From assembly GCF_009914755.1 (NCBI RefSeq), contig NC_060948.1: 64,000 nt of DNA, one strand, 5' to 3'. The notes beneath the pieces are model-generated. The model was not told the origin of the DNA, did no database searches, and worked only from the letters and a program-made list of their open reading frames with translations. Source of the DNA: the human T2T-CHM13v2.0 reference genome, Homo sapiens. This document shows positions 27,801 through 41,500 of this stretch, in pieces. Position 1 is the first letter of the stretch. Each line of letters opens with the position of its first letter. A program made the translations under genes and the position numbers.

Positions 27801-29030
27801 GTAATGCAATCCAATAGAATGGAATCGAATGGCATGGAATATAAAGAACTGGAATCGAAGAGAATGGAAACAAATGGAATGGAATTGAATGGAATGGAAT
27901 TGAATTGAATGGGAACGAATGGAGTGAAATTGTATGCAGTAGAAGAGAATAGAATGGAATGCAAGAGAAAGGAAAGGAATGGATTGGAATGGAATGGAAT
28001 TCATTGGAATGGAAGGGAATGTAGTGTAATGGACAGGCCTGGAATAAAGTGGAATGCTACGGTCTCGAATGGAATAAAAATGTATGGAATGGAATGCAAT
28101 GAAACGGAATCGAATGTCATAGAATGTAATGGAATGCAAAAAAATGGAATCCAAAATCATTGACAGGAAAGGCTGGGTGTCGAAAGGAATTGACTCCAAT
28201 GGAATGGAAACGAATGGAATGGAAGTGAATAGAATCGAACTAAATCGAATGGAATGGAATTGATAGGAACGGAATGGAAAGGAATGCAATGATTTGGCAT
28301 GGAATGGAATCGAATGGCATCGAATGGATTGGAATGGAATGCAATGGAATGGAATGTATTAGAATGTAATGAACTTTAATGGAATGTACTCGAATGGATT
28401 CGACTGGAATGGAATGTTCTGGAAGTGAATGGACTCCAATGGAATGGATTCGAAAGGAATGGAATCGTACGGAATGGAATCTAATGGAATGGAATTAAAT
28501 GGAAATGAATCAAATTGAATAGCACGGAATTGAATTGAATGGAATCGAATGCAATGGAATCTAATGAAACGGAAAGGAAAGGAATGGAATGGAATGGAAT
28601 GGGCTGGAATGGAAAGGAATCGAAACGAATGGAATGGAATCGAACTGAAGAGACTGGAATGGAATGCACTGGAATGGAAGGGAGTGTAATGGAAGGTTCT
28701 CGACAAAAATGGAATCGAATGGAATGGAATTGAATGGAACGGAATAGAGTCGAATGGAATTGAATGGAATGGAATGGACTAGAGTGAAATGGAATCGAAC
28801 CACAAGGAATGGACAGGAATAGAATGGTCTCGAATTGAATGGAATCGTATGGAATGGCATCAAACGGATTGGAATGGACAGTCACGGAATGGAATGCACT
28901 CGAATGCAATGGAGTCGAATCTAGTGGACTGGAATAGAATGGACTTGACTGGTACGGACTCCAATGGAATGGAATCGAATGGAAGGGAATCAAACGGAAT
29001 GGACTCGAAGGGAAAAGACTGCAATGGAAA
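21830..29030 (+). repeat. Recent single-unit tandem duplication, period 3549 bp (U7/U8/start of U9)
   Basis: Private variants (ggtctcgactgg, ggaacagaatgg, ggtacagaa, gaaagcgatgag, atcaaagggaa, gaaacgaag, gaaatgcactgg, ttgacaggaa) recur at exactly +3549. ORF track translations are almost identical. Boundaries are approximate. Confidence 0.85.
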
Positions 29031-32000
29031 GGTCTCGAATGGAATGGAAATTAATGGAATGGAATGGAATCGAATGAAATGGAGTCAAAAGGAATGGAAT
29101 CGAATGGCAAGAAATCGAATGTAATGGAATTGCAAGGAATTGATGTGAACGGAACGGAATGGAATGGATTCCAAAGGAATGGAATAGAATGGAATGGAAT
29201 CGAATGGAAAGGACTCGAATGGAAATCACTCGAATAGAATGCAATTTAATAAAATAGGATCAAATGTAATGGAATGGAATGGAAAGGAATCGAAACGAAA
29301 GGAATGGAGACAGATGGAATGGAATGGAACAGAGAGCAATGGTATAGAATGGAATGGAATCATCTGGAATGGATTTGAATGGAATAGAATAATATGAAAT
29401 GGAATGGAATGGAATGGAATACCCTTGTATTAAATGGATTGGAATGGAATGGACTCGAACAGAGTGGAATGGAAAGTGTTGAGATAGAATGGAATGGACT
29501 CTTTGGAATGGTGTAGTATGCAATGCAATCGACTGGCAGGAATCAAAAGGAATGTAATGGAATGGATTGGACTGGAATGCAATGGACTCGAATAGATTGG
29601 AAACGGAATGCAAAGGAATGGAATGGAATAGTATGGAATGGAATGGAAAGGAATGGAGTGGAATAGACTAGAGTGGAATGGAATGGACTCGAAAGCAATG
29701 GACTGTAATGGAACTTTCTTGAATGGACTGGAATCAAACGGAATGGAATGCAATGCAATCAAATGGCATGGAATAAAATAGAATGAAAGAGAATCAAATG
29801 GAATTGAATCGAATGGAATCGAATGGATTGGAAAGGAATAGAATGGAATGGAATGGAATTGACTCAAATGGAATGGACTAGAATGGAATGGATTCGAATG
29901 GAAGGCAAAGGAATGGAATCTATTGGAATGGACTGTAATGGAATGGAATGGAAGGGATTGGAATGGACTCGAATGGAATGGACTGCAATAGAAAGGATTC
30001 GAATGGAATGAAAAAGAATTGAATGGAATAGAACAGAATGGAATCAAATCGAATGAAATGGAATGGAATAGAAAGGAATGGAATGAAATGGAATGGAAAG
30101 GATTCGAATGGAATGCAATCGAATGGAATGGAATCGAACGGAATGGAATAAAATGGAAGAAAACTGGCAAGAAATGGAATCGAAATGAATGGAGTGTTAT
30201 GGAACGGACTCAAAAGGAATTGAATGTAATAGAATGGAGTGGAGTGGACTCGAATATAATGGACTGGAATGGAATGAAATCACATGGAATGGGAACGAAT
30301 GGAATGGAATGGAAAGGAATGGAATCGAATGGAAAGGAATCGAATGGAAGGGAATGAAATTGAATCAACAGGAATGGAAGGGAATAGAATAGACGGTAAT
30401 GGAATGGACTCGAATAGAATGGACACGAATGCTCAAATTGAATGGACTCGAATGGAATGGAAACGAAAGGAATGTCATCGAATGGAATTGAATCGATTGG
30501 AATGAAATCGCATAGAATGGAGTGGAATCAAATGGAATTGAATCGAAAGGAAAGGAAGCGAATGGACTGAAATGAAATGGAATGGAATTGAATGGAAAGT
30601 AATGCAATGGAATAGAATGGAACGAAATTTCACGGAATGGAATCAAACTGAATGGAATCAAATCAAATGGAATGGAAAGGAATTGAATGGAGTAGATTGG
30701 ATTGGATGGGATTGGAATGAAATGTACTGGAAAGGACTCGAATTTCATGAAACGGAATGGAATGAATTGGAACGGAATGGACTCGAATGGAATGGAATGT
30801 CATGGAATGGCATCAAATGGAATGGCATCAAATGGAATGGAATCGAATGCAATGGAATGCTATGGAATGGAATGGAATGCATTGGAATGGAATGTCCTCT
30901 AATGGAATGGATTCGAGTGGAATGGAATCGAATATAATGGAGTCGAATGAAATCGAATTGAAAGGAATGGGATCAAATACAATGGAATATACAGGAATGT
31001 AACGAAATGAACTCGAATGTAATTGACTGGAATGGAATGTACATGAATGGAATGTAATCGAATGGAAAGTAATCCAATGGAATAGAATCTAATGCAATAA
31101 AATCGACTCAAATAGAATAGAATGTAATGGAATGGAGTGCAGTGCAATGGAATGGAATGGAATGGAATTCAATGGAATGGAATGTAATGGAACGGAATGG
31201 AATGGGATGGAATGGTATGGAATGGATAGTAATGGACTGGAGTGAAATGGACTGGAAAGGAATGGACTCAAATTGAAAGGGCTCGAAAGGAATGGAGTCA
31301 AATGGAATGGTCTGGAATGGAATGAACACGAATGTAATGCAATCCAATAGAATGGAATCGAATGGCATGGAATATAAAGAAATGGAATCGAAGAGAATAG
31401 AAACAAATGGAATGGAATTGAATGGAATGGAATTGAATGGAATGGGAACGAATGGAGTGAAATTGTATGCAGTAGAAGAGAATAGAATGGAATGCAAGCG
31501 AAAGGAAAGGAATGGATTGGAATGGAATGGAATTCATTGGAATGGAAGGGAATGTAGTGTAATGGACAGGCCTGGAATAAAGCGGAATGCTACGGTCTCG
31601 AATGGAATAAAAATGTATGGAATGGAATGCAATGAAACGGAATCGAATGTCATAGAATGTAATGGAATGCAAAAAAATGGACTCCAAATCATTGACTGGA
31701 ATGGCTGGGTGTCGAAAGGAATTGACTCCAATGGAATGGAATCGAATGGAATGGAAGTGAATAGAATCGAACTAAATCGAATGGAATGGAATTGATAGGA
31801 ACGGAATGGAAAGGAATGGAATGATTTGGCATGGAATGGAATCGAATGGCTTCCAATGGAATGGAATGGAATGCAATGGAATGGAATGTATTAGAATGTA
31901 ATGAACTTTAATGGAATGTCCTCGAATGGATTCGACTGTAATGGAATGTTCTGGAAGTGAATAGACTCCAATGGAATGGATTCAAAAGGAATGGAATCGT

Positions 32001-32529
32001 ACGGAATGGAATCTAATGGAATGGAATTAAATGGAAATGAATCAAATTGAATAGCACGGAATTGAATTGAATGGAATCGAATGCAATGGAATCTAATGAA
32101 ACGGAAAGGAAAGGAATGGAATGGAATGGAATGGGCTGGAATGGAAAGGAATCGAAACGAATGGAATGGAATCGAACTGAAGAGACTGGAATGGAATGCA
32201 CTGGAATGGAAGGGAGTGTAATGGAAGGTTCTCGACAAAAATGGAATCGAATGGAATGGAATTGAATGGAACGGAATAGAGTCGAATGGAATTGAATGGA
32301 ATGGAATGGACTAGAGTGAAATGGAATCGAACCACAAGGAATGGACAGGAATAGAATGGTCTCGAATTGAATGGAATCGTATGGAATGGCATCAAACGGA
32401 ATGGAATGGACAGCCACGGAATGGAATGCACTCGAATGCAATGGAGTCGAAACTAATGGACTGGAATAGAATGGACTCGACTGGTACGGACTCCAATGGA
32501 ATGGAATCGAATGGAAGGGAATCGAACGG

Positions 32530-35500
32530 AATGGACTCGAAGGGAAAAGACTGCAATGGAAAGGTCTCGAATGGAATGGAAATTAATGGAATGGAATGGA
32601 ATCGAATGAAATGGAGTCAAAAGGAATGGAATCGAATGGCAAGAAATCGAATGTAATGGAATCGCAAGGAATTGATGTGAACGGAACGGAATGGAATGGA
32701 ATCCAAAGTAATGGAATAGAATGGAATGGAATCGAATGGAAAGGACTCGAATGGAAATCACTCGAATAGAATGCAATTTAATAAAATAGGATCAAATGTA
32801 ATGGAATGGAATGGAAAGGAATCGAAACGAAAGGAATGGAGACAGATGGAATGGAATGGAACAGAGAGCAATGGTATAGAATGGAATGGAATCATCTGGA
32901 ATGGAATTGAATGGAATGGAAAAATATGAAATGGAATGGAATGGAATGGAATGCCCTTGAATTAAATGGACTGGAATGGAATGGACTCGAACAGAGTGGA
33001 ATGGAAAGTGTTGAGATAGAATGGAATGGACTCCTTTGGAATGGTGTAGTATGCAATGCAATCGACTGGCAGGGAATCAAAAGGAATGTAATCGAATGGA
33101 TTGGACTGGAATGCAATGGACTCGAATAGATTGGAAACGGAATGCAAAGGAATGGAATGGAATAGTATGGAATGGAATGGAAAGGAATGGAGTGGAATAG
33201 ACTAGAGTGGAATGGAATGGACTCGAAAGCAATGGACTGGAATGGAACTTTCTTGAATGGACTGGAATCAAACGGAATGGAATGCAATGCAATCAAATGG
33301 CATGGAATAAAATAGAATGAAAGAGAATCAAATGGAACTGAATCGAATATAATCGAATGGATTGGAAAGGAATAGAATGGAATGGAATGGAATTGACTCA
33401 AATGGAATGGACTAGAATGGAATGGATTCGAATGGAAGGCAAATGAATGGAATCTATTGGAATGGACTGTAATGGAATGGAATGGAAGGGATTGGAATGG
33501 ACTCGATTGTAATGGACTGCAATACAAAGGATGCGAATGGAATGAAAAAGAATTGAATGGAATAGAACAGAATGGAATCAAATCGCATGAAATGGAATGG
33601 AATAGAAAGGAATGGAATGAAATGGAATGGAAAGGATTCGAATGGAATGCAATCGAATGGAATGGAATCGAACGGAATGGAATAAAATGGAAGAAAACTG
33701 GCAAGAAATGGAATCGAAATGAATGGAGTGTTATGGAACGGACTCAAAAGGAATTGAATGTAATAGAATGGAGTGGAGTGGACTCGAATATAATGGACTT
33801 GAATGGAATGAAATCACATGGAATGGGAACGAATGGAATCGAATGGAAAGGAATCGAATCGAATGGAAAGGAATCGAATGGAAGGGAATGAAATTGAATC
33901 AACAGGAATGGAAGGGAATAGAATAGACGGTAATGGAATGGACTCGAATAGAATGGACACGAATGCTCAAATTGAATGGACTCGAATGGAATGGAAACGA
34001 AAGGAATGTCATCGAATGGAATTGAATCGATTGGAATGAAATCGCATAGAATGGAGTGGAATCAAATGGAATTGAATCGAAAGGAAAGGAAGCGAATGGA
34101 CTGAAATGAAATGGAATGGAATTGAATGGAAAGTAATGCAATGGAATAGAATGGAACGAAATTTCACGGAATGGAATCAAACTGAATGGAATCAAATCAA
34201 TGGAATCAAATCAAATGGAATGGAAAGGAATTGAATGGAGTAGATTGGATTGGATGGGATTGGAATGAAATGTACTGGAAAGGACTCGAATTTCATGAAA
34301 CGGAATGGAATGAATTGGAACGGAATGGACTCGAATGGAATGGAATGTCATGGAATGGCATCAAATGGAATGGCATCAAATGGAATGGAATCGAATGCAA
34401 TGGAATGCTATGGAATGGAATGGAATGCATTGGAATGGAATGTCCTCTAATGGAATGGATTCGAGTGGAATGGAATCGAATATAATGGAGTCGAATGAAA
34501 TGGAATTGAAAGGAATGGGATCGAATACAATGGAATATACTGGAATGAAATGTAATGAACTCGAATGTAATTGACTGGAATGGAATGTACATGAATGGAA
34601 TGTAATCGAATGGAAAGTAATCTAATGGAATAAAATCTAATGCAATAAAATCGACTCAGATAGAGTAGAATGTAATGGAATGGAGTGCAGTGCAATGGAA
34701 TGGAATGGAATGGAATGCAATGGAATGGAATGGAATGGAATGGAATGGAATGGAATGGGATGGAATGGCATGGAATGGATAGTAATGGACTGGAGTGAAA
34801 TGGACTGGAAAGGAATGGACTCAAATTGAAAGGGCTCGAAAGGAATGGAGTCAAATGGAATGGTCTGGAATGGAATGAACACGAATGTAATGCAATCCAA
34901 TAGAATGGAATCGAATGGCATGGAATATAAAGAAATGGAATCGAAGAGAATGGAAACAAATGGAATGGAATTGAATGGAATTGAATTGAATGGAATGGGA
35001 ACGAATGGAGTGAAATTGTATGCAGTAGAAGAGAATAGAATGGAATGCAAGCGAAAGGAAAGGAATGGATTGGAATGGAATGGAATTCATTGGAATGGAA
35101 GGGAATGTAGTGTAATGGACAGGCCTGGAATAAAGCGGAATGCTACGGTCTCGAATGGAATAAAAATGTATGGAATGGAATGCAATGAAACGGAATCGAA
35201 TGTCATAGAATGTAATGGAATGCAAAAAAATGGACTCCAAAATCATTGACTGGAAAGGCTGGGTGTCGAAAGGAATTGACTCCAATGGAATGGAATCGAA
35301 TGGAATGGAAGTGAATAGAATCGAACTAAATCGAATGGAATGGAATTGATAGGAACGGAATGGAAAGGAATGCAATGATTTGGCATGGAATGGAATCGAA
35401 TGGCATCGAATGGAATGGAATGGAATGCAATGGAATGGAATGTATTAGAAGGTAATGAACTTTAATGGAATGTCCTCGAATGGATTCGACTGTAATGGAA

Positions 35501-38500
35501 TGTTCTGGAAGTGAATGAACTCCAATGGAATGGATTCAAAAGGAATGGAATCGTACGGAATGGAATCTAATGGAATGGAATTAAATGGAAATGAATCAAA
35601 TTGAATAGCACGGAATTGAATTGAATGGAATCAAATGCAATGGAATCTAATGAAACAGAAAGGAAAGGAATGGAATGGAATGGAATGGGCTGGAATGGAA
35701 AGGAATCGAAACGAATGGAATGGAATCGAACTGAAGAGACTGGAATGGAATGCACTGGAATGGAAGGGAGTGTAATGGAAGGTTCTCGACAAAAATGGAA
35801 TCGAATGGAATGGAATTGAATAGAACGGAATAGAGTCGAATGGAATTGAATGGAATGGAATGGACTAGAGTGAAATGGAATAGAACCACAAGGAATGGAC
35901 AGGAATAGAATGGTCTCGAATTGAATGGAATCGTATGGAATGGCATCAAACGGAATGGAATGGACAGCCACGGAATGGAATGCACTCGAATGCAATGGAG
36001 TCGAAACTAGTGGACTGGAATAGAATGGACTTGACTGGTACGGACTCGAAAGGAATGGAATCGAATGGAAGGGAATCGAACGGAATGGACTCGAAGGGAA
36101 AAGACTGCAATGGAAAGGTCTCGAATGGAATGGAAATTTATGGAATGGAATGGAATCGAATGAAATGGAGTCAAAAGGAATGGAATCGATTGGCAAGAAA
36201 TCGAATGTAATGGAATCGCTAGGAATTGATGTGAACGGAACGGTATGGAATGGAATCCAAAGGAATGGAATAGAATGGAATGGAATAGAATGGAAAGGAC
36301 TCGAATGGAAATCACTCGAATAGAATGCAATTTAATAAAATAGGATCAAATGTAATGGAATGGAATGGAAAGGAATCGAAACGAAAGGAATGGAGACAGA
36401 TGGAATGGAATGGAACAGAGAGCAATGGTATTGAATGGAATGGAATCATCTGGAATGGAATTGAATGGAATGGAATAATATGAAATGGAATTGAATGGAA
36501 TGGAATGGAATGCCCTTGAATTAAATGGACTGGAATGGAATGGACTCGAACAGAGTGGAATGGAAAGTGTTGAAATAGAATGGAATGGACTGCTTTGGAA
36601 TGGTCTAGTATGCAATGCAATCGACTGGCAGGGAATCAAAAGGAATGTAATCGAATGGATTGGACTGGAATGCAATGGACTCGAATAGATTGGAAACGGA
36701 ATGCAAAGGAATGGAATGGAATAGTATGGAATGGAATGGAAAGGAATGGAGTGGAATAGACTAGAGTGGAATGGAATGGACTCGAAAGCAATGGACTGGA
36801 ATGGAACTTTCTTGAATGGACTGGAATCAAATGAATGGAATGCAATGCAATCAAATGGCATGGAATAAAATAGAATGAAAGAGAATCAAATGGAATTGAA
36901 TCGAATGGAATCGAATGGATTGGAAAGGAATAGAATGGAATGGAATGGAATGGACTAGAATGGAATGGATTCGAATGGAAGGCAAAGGAATGGAATCTAT
37001 TGGAATGGTCTGTAATGGAATGGAATGGAAGGGATTGGAATGGACTCGAATTGAATGGACTGCAATAGAAAGGATGCGAATGGAATGAAAAAGAATTGAA
37101 TGGAATAGAACAGAATGGAATCAAATCGCATGAAATGGAATGGAATAGAAAGGAATGGAATGAAATGGATTGGAAAGGATTCGAATGGAATGCAATCGAA
37201 TGGAATGGAATCGAACGGAATGGAATAAAATGGAAGAAAACTGGCAAGAAATGGAATCGAAATGAATGGAGTGTTATGGAACGGACTCAAAAGGAATTGA
37301 ATGTAATAGAATGGAGTGGAGTGGACTCGAATATAATGGACTGGAATGGAATGAAATCACATGGAATGGGAACGAATGGAATGGAATGGAAATGAATGGA
37401 ATCGAATGGAAAGGAATCGAATGGAAGGGAATGAAATTGAATCAACAGGAATGGAAGGGAATAGAATAGACGGTAATGGAATGGACTCGAATAGAATGGA
37501 CACGAATGCTCAAATTGAATGGACTCGAATGGAATGAAAAGGAAAGGAATGTCATCGAATGGAATTGAATCGATTGGAATGAAATCGCATAGAATGGAGT
37601 GGAATCAAAGGGAATTGAATCGAAAGGAAAGGAAGCGAATGGACTGAAATGAAATGGAATGGAATTGAATGGAAAGTAATGCAATGGAAGAGAATGGAAG
37701 GAAATTTCACGGAATGGAATCAAACTGAATGGAATCAAATCAATGGAATATAATCAAATGGAATGGAAAGGAATTGAATGGAGTAGATGGGATTGGATGG
37801 GATTGGAATGAAATGTACTGGAAAGGACTCGAATTTCATGAAACGGAATAGAATGAATTGGAACGGAATGGACTCGAATAGAATGGAATGTCATGGAATG
37901 GCATCAAATGGAATGGCATCAAATGGAATGGAATCGAATGCAATGGAATGTTATGGAATGGAGTGGAATGCATTCGAATGGAATGTCCTCTAATGGAATG
38001 CATTCGAGTGGAATGGAATCGAATATAATGGAGTCGAATGAAATGGAATTGAAAGGAATGGGATCGAATACAATGGAATATACTGGAATGTAAGGTAATG
38101 AACTCGAATGTAATTGACTGGAATGGAATGTACATGAATGAAATGTAATCGAATGGAAAGTAATCCAATGGAATAGAATCTAATGCAATAAAATCGACTC
38201 AGATAGAGTAGAATGTAATGGAATGGAGTGCAGTGCAATGGAATGGAATGGAATGGAATGCAATGGAATGGAATGGAATGGAATGGAATGGAATGGAATG
38301 GAATGGAATGGGATGGAATGGCATGGAATGGATAGTAATGGACTGGAGTGAAATGGACTGGAAAGGAATGGACTCAAATTGAAAGGTCTCGAAAGCAATG
38401 AAGTCAAATGGAATGGTCTGGAATGGAATGAACACGAATGTAATGCAATCCAATAGAATGGAATCGAATGGCATGGAATATAAAGAAATGGAATCGAAGA

Positions 38501-41500
38501 GAATGGAAACAAATGGAATGGAATTGAATGGAATGGAATTGAATGGAATGGGAACGAATGGAGTGAAATTGTATGCAGTAGAAGAGAATAGAATGGAATG
38601 CAAGCGAAAGGAAAGGAATGGATTGGAATGGAATGGAATTCATTGGAATGGAAGGGAATGTAGTGTAATGGACAGGCCTGGAATAAAGTGGAATGCTACG
38701 GTCTCGAATGGAATAAAAATGTATGGAATGGAATGCAATGAAACGGAATCGAATGTCATAGAATGTAATGGAATGCAAAAAAATGGACTCCAAAATCATT
38801 GACTGGAAAGGCTGGGTGTCGAAAGGAATTGACTCCAATGGAATGGAATCGAATGGAATGGAAGTGAATAGAATCGAACTAAATCGAATGGAATGGAATT
38901 GATAGGAACGGAATGGAAAGGAATGCAATGATTTGGCATGGAATGGAATCGAATGGCATCGAATGGAATGGAATGGAATGCAATGGAATGGAATGTATTA
39001 GAATGTAATGAACTTTAATGGAATGTACTCGAATGGATTCGACTGGAATGGAATGTTGTGGAAGTGAATGGACTCCAATGGAATGGATTCAAAAGGAATG
39101 GAATCGTGCCGAATGGAATCTAATGGAATGGAATTAAATGGAAATAAATCAAATTGAATAGCACGGAATTGAATTGAATGGAATCGAATGCAATGGAATC
39201 TAATGAAACGGAAAGGAAAGGAATGGAATGGAATGGAATGGGCTGGAATGGAAAGGAATCGAAACGAATGGAATGGAATCGAACTGAAGAGACTGGAATG
39301 GAATGCACTGGAATGGAAGGGAGTGTAATGGAAGGTTCTCGACAAAAATGGAATCGAATGGAATGGAATTGAATGGAACGGAATAGAGTCGAATGGAATT
39401 GAATGGAATGGAATGGACTAGAGTGAAATGGAATCGAACCACAAGGAATGGACAGGAATAGAATGGTCTCGAATTGAATGGAATCGTATGGAATGGCATC
39501 AAACGGAATGGAATGGACAGCCACGGAATGGAATGCACTCGAATGCAATGGAGTCGAAACTAATGGACTGGAATAGAATGGACTCGACTGGTACGGACTC
39601 CAAAGGAATGGAATCGAATGGAAGGGAATCGAACGGAATGGACTCGAAGGGAAAAGACTGCAATGGAAAGGTCTCGAATGGAATGGAAATTAATGGAATG
39701 GAATGGAATCGAATGAAATGGAGTCAAAAGGAATGGAATCGAATGGCAAGAAATCGAATGTAATGGAATCGCAAGGAATTGATGTGAAGGGAACGGAATG
39801 GAATGGAATCCAAAGGAATGGAATAGAATGGAATGGAATCGAATGGAAAGGACTCGAATGGAAATCACTCGAATAGAATGCAATTTAATAAAATAGGATC
39901 AAATGTAATGGAATGGAATGGAAAGGAATCGAAACGAAAGGAATGGAGACAGATGGAATGGAATGGAACAGAGAGCAATGGTATAGAATGGAATGGAATC
40001 ATCTGGAATGGAATTGAATGGAATGGAATAATATGAAATGGAATGGAATGGAATGGAATGCCCTTGAATTAAATGGACTGGAATGGAATGGACTCGAACA
40101 GAGTGGAATGGAAAGTGTTGAGATAGAATGGAATGGACTCCTTTGGAATGGTCTAGTATGCAATGCAATCGACTGGCAGGGAATCAAAAGGAATGTAATC
40201 GAATGGATTGGACTGGAATGCAATGGACTCGAATAGATTGGAAACGGAATGCAAAGGAATGGAATGGAATAGTATGGAATGGAATGGAAAGGAATGGAGT
40301 GGAATAGACTAGAGTGCAATGGAATGGACTGGAAAGCAATGGACTGGAATGGAACTTTCTTGAATGGACTGGAATCAAACGGAATGGAATGCAATGCAAT
40401 CAAATGGCATGGAATAAAATAGAATGAAAGAGAATCAAATGGAATTGAATCGAATGGAATCGAATGGATTGGAAAGGAATAGAATGGAATGGAATGGAAT
40501 TGACTCAAATGGAATGGACTAGAATGGAATGGATTCGAATGGAAGGCAAATGAATGGAATCTATTGGAATGGACTGTAATGGAATGGAATGGAAGGGATT
40601 GGAATGGACTCGAATGTAATGGACAGCAATAGAAAGGATGCGAATGGAATGAAAAAGAATTGAATGGAATAGAACAGAATGGAATCAAATCGAATGAAAT
40701 GGAATGGAATAGAAAGGAATGGAATGAAATGGAATGGAAAGGATTCGAATGGAATGCAATCGAATGGAATGGAATCGAACGGAATGGAATAAAATGGAAG
40801 AAAACTGGCAAGAAATGGAATCGAAATGAATGGAGTGTTATGGAACGGACTCAAAAGGAATTGAATGTAATAGAATGGAGTGGAGTGGACTCGAATATAA
40901 TGGACTGGAATGGAATGAAATCTCATGGAATGGGAACGAATGGAATGGAATGGAAAGGAATGGAATCGAATGGAAAGGAATCGAATGGAAGGGAATGAAA
41001 TTGAATCAACAGGAATGGAAGGGAATAGAATAGACGGTAATGGAATGGACTCGAATAGAATGGACACGAATGCTCAAATTGAATGGACACGAATGGAATG
41101 GAAACGAAAGGAATGTCATCGAATGGAATTGAATCGATTGGAATGAAATCGCATAGAATGGAGTGGAATCAAATGGAATTGAATCGAAAGGAAAGGAAGC
41201 GAATGGACTGAAATGAAATGGAATGGAATTGAATGGAAAGTAATGCAATGGAAGAGAATGGAAGGAAATTTCACGGAATGGAATCAAACTGAATGGAATC
41301 AAATCAATGGAATATAATCAAATGGAATGGAAAGGAATTGAATGGAGTAGATGGGATTAGATGGGATTGGAATGAAATGTACTGGAAAGGACTCGAATTT
41401 CATGAAACGGAATGGAATGAATTGGAACGGAATGGACTCGAATAGAATGGAATGTCATGGAATGGCATCAAATGGAATGGCATCAAATGGAATGGAATCG

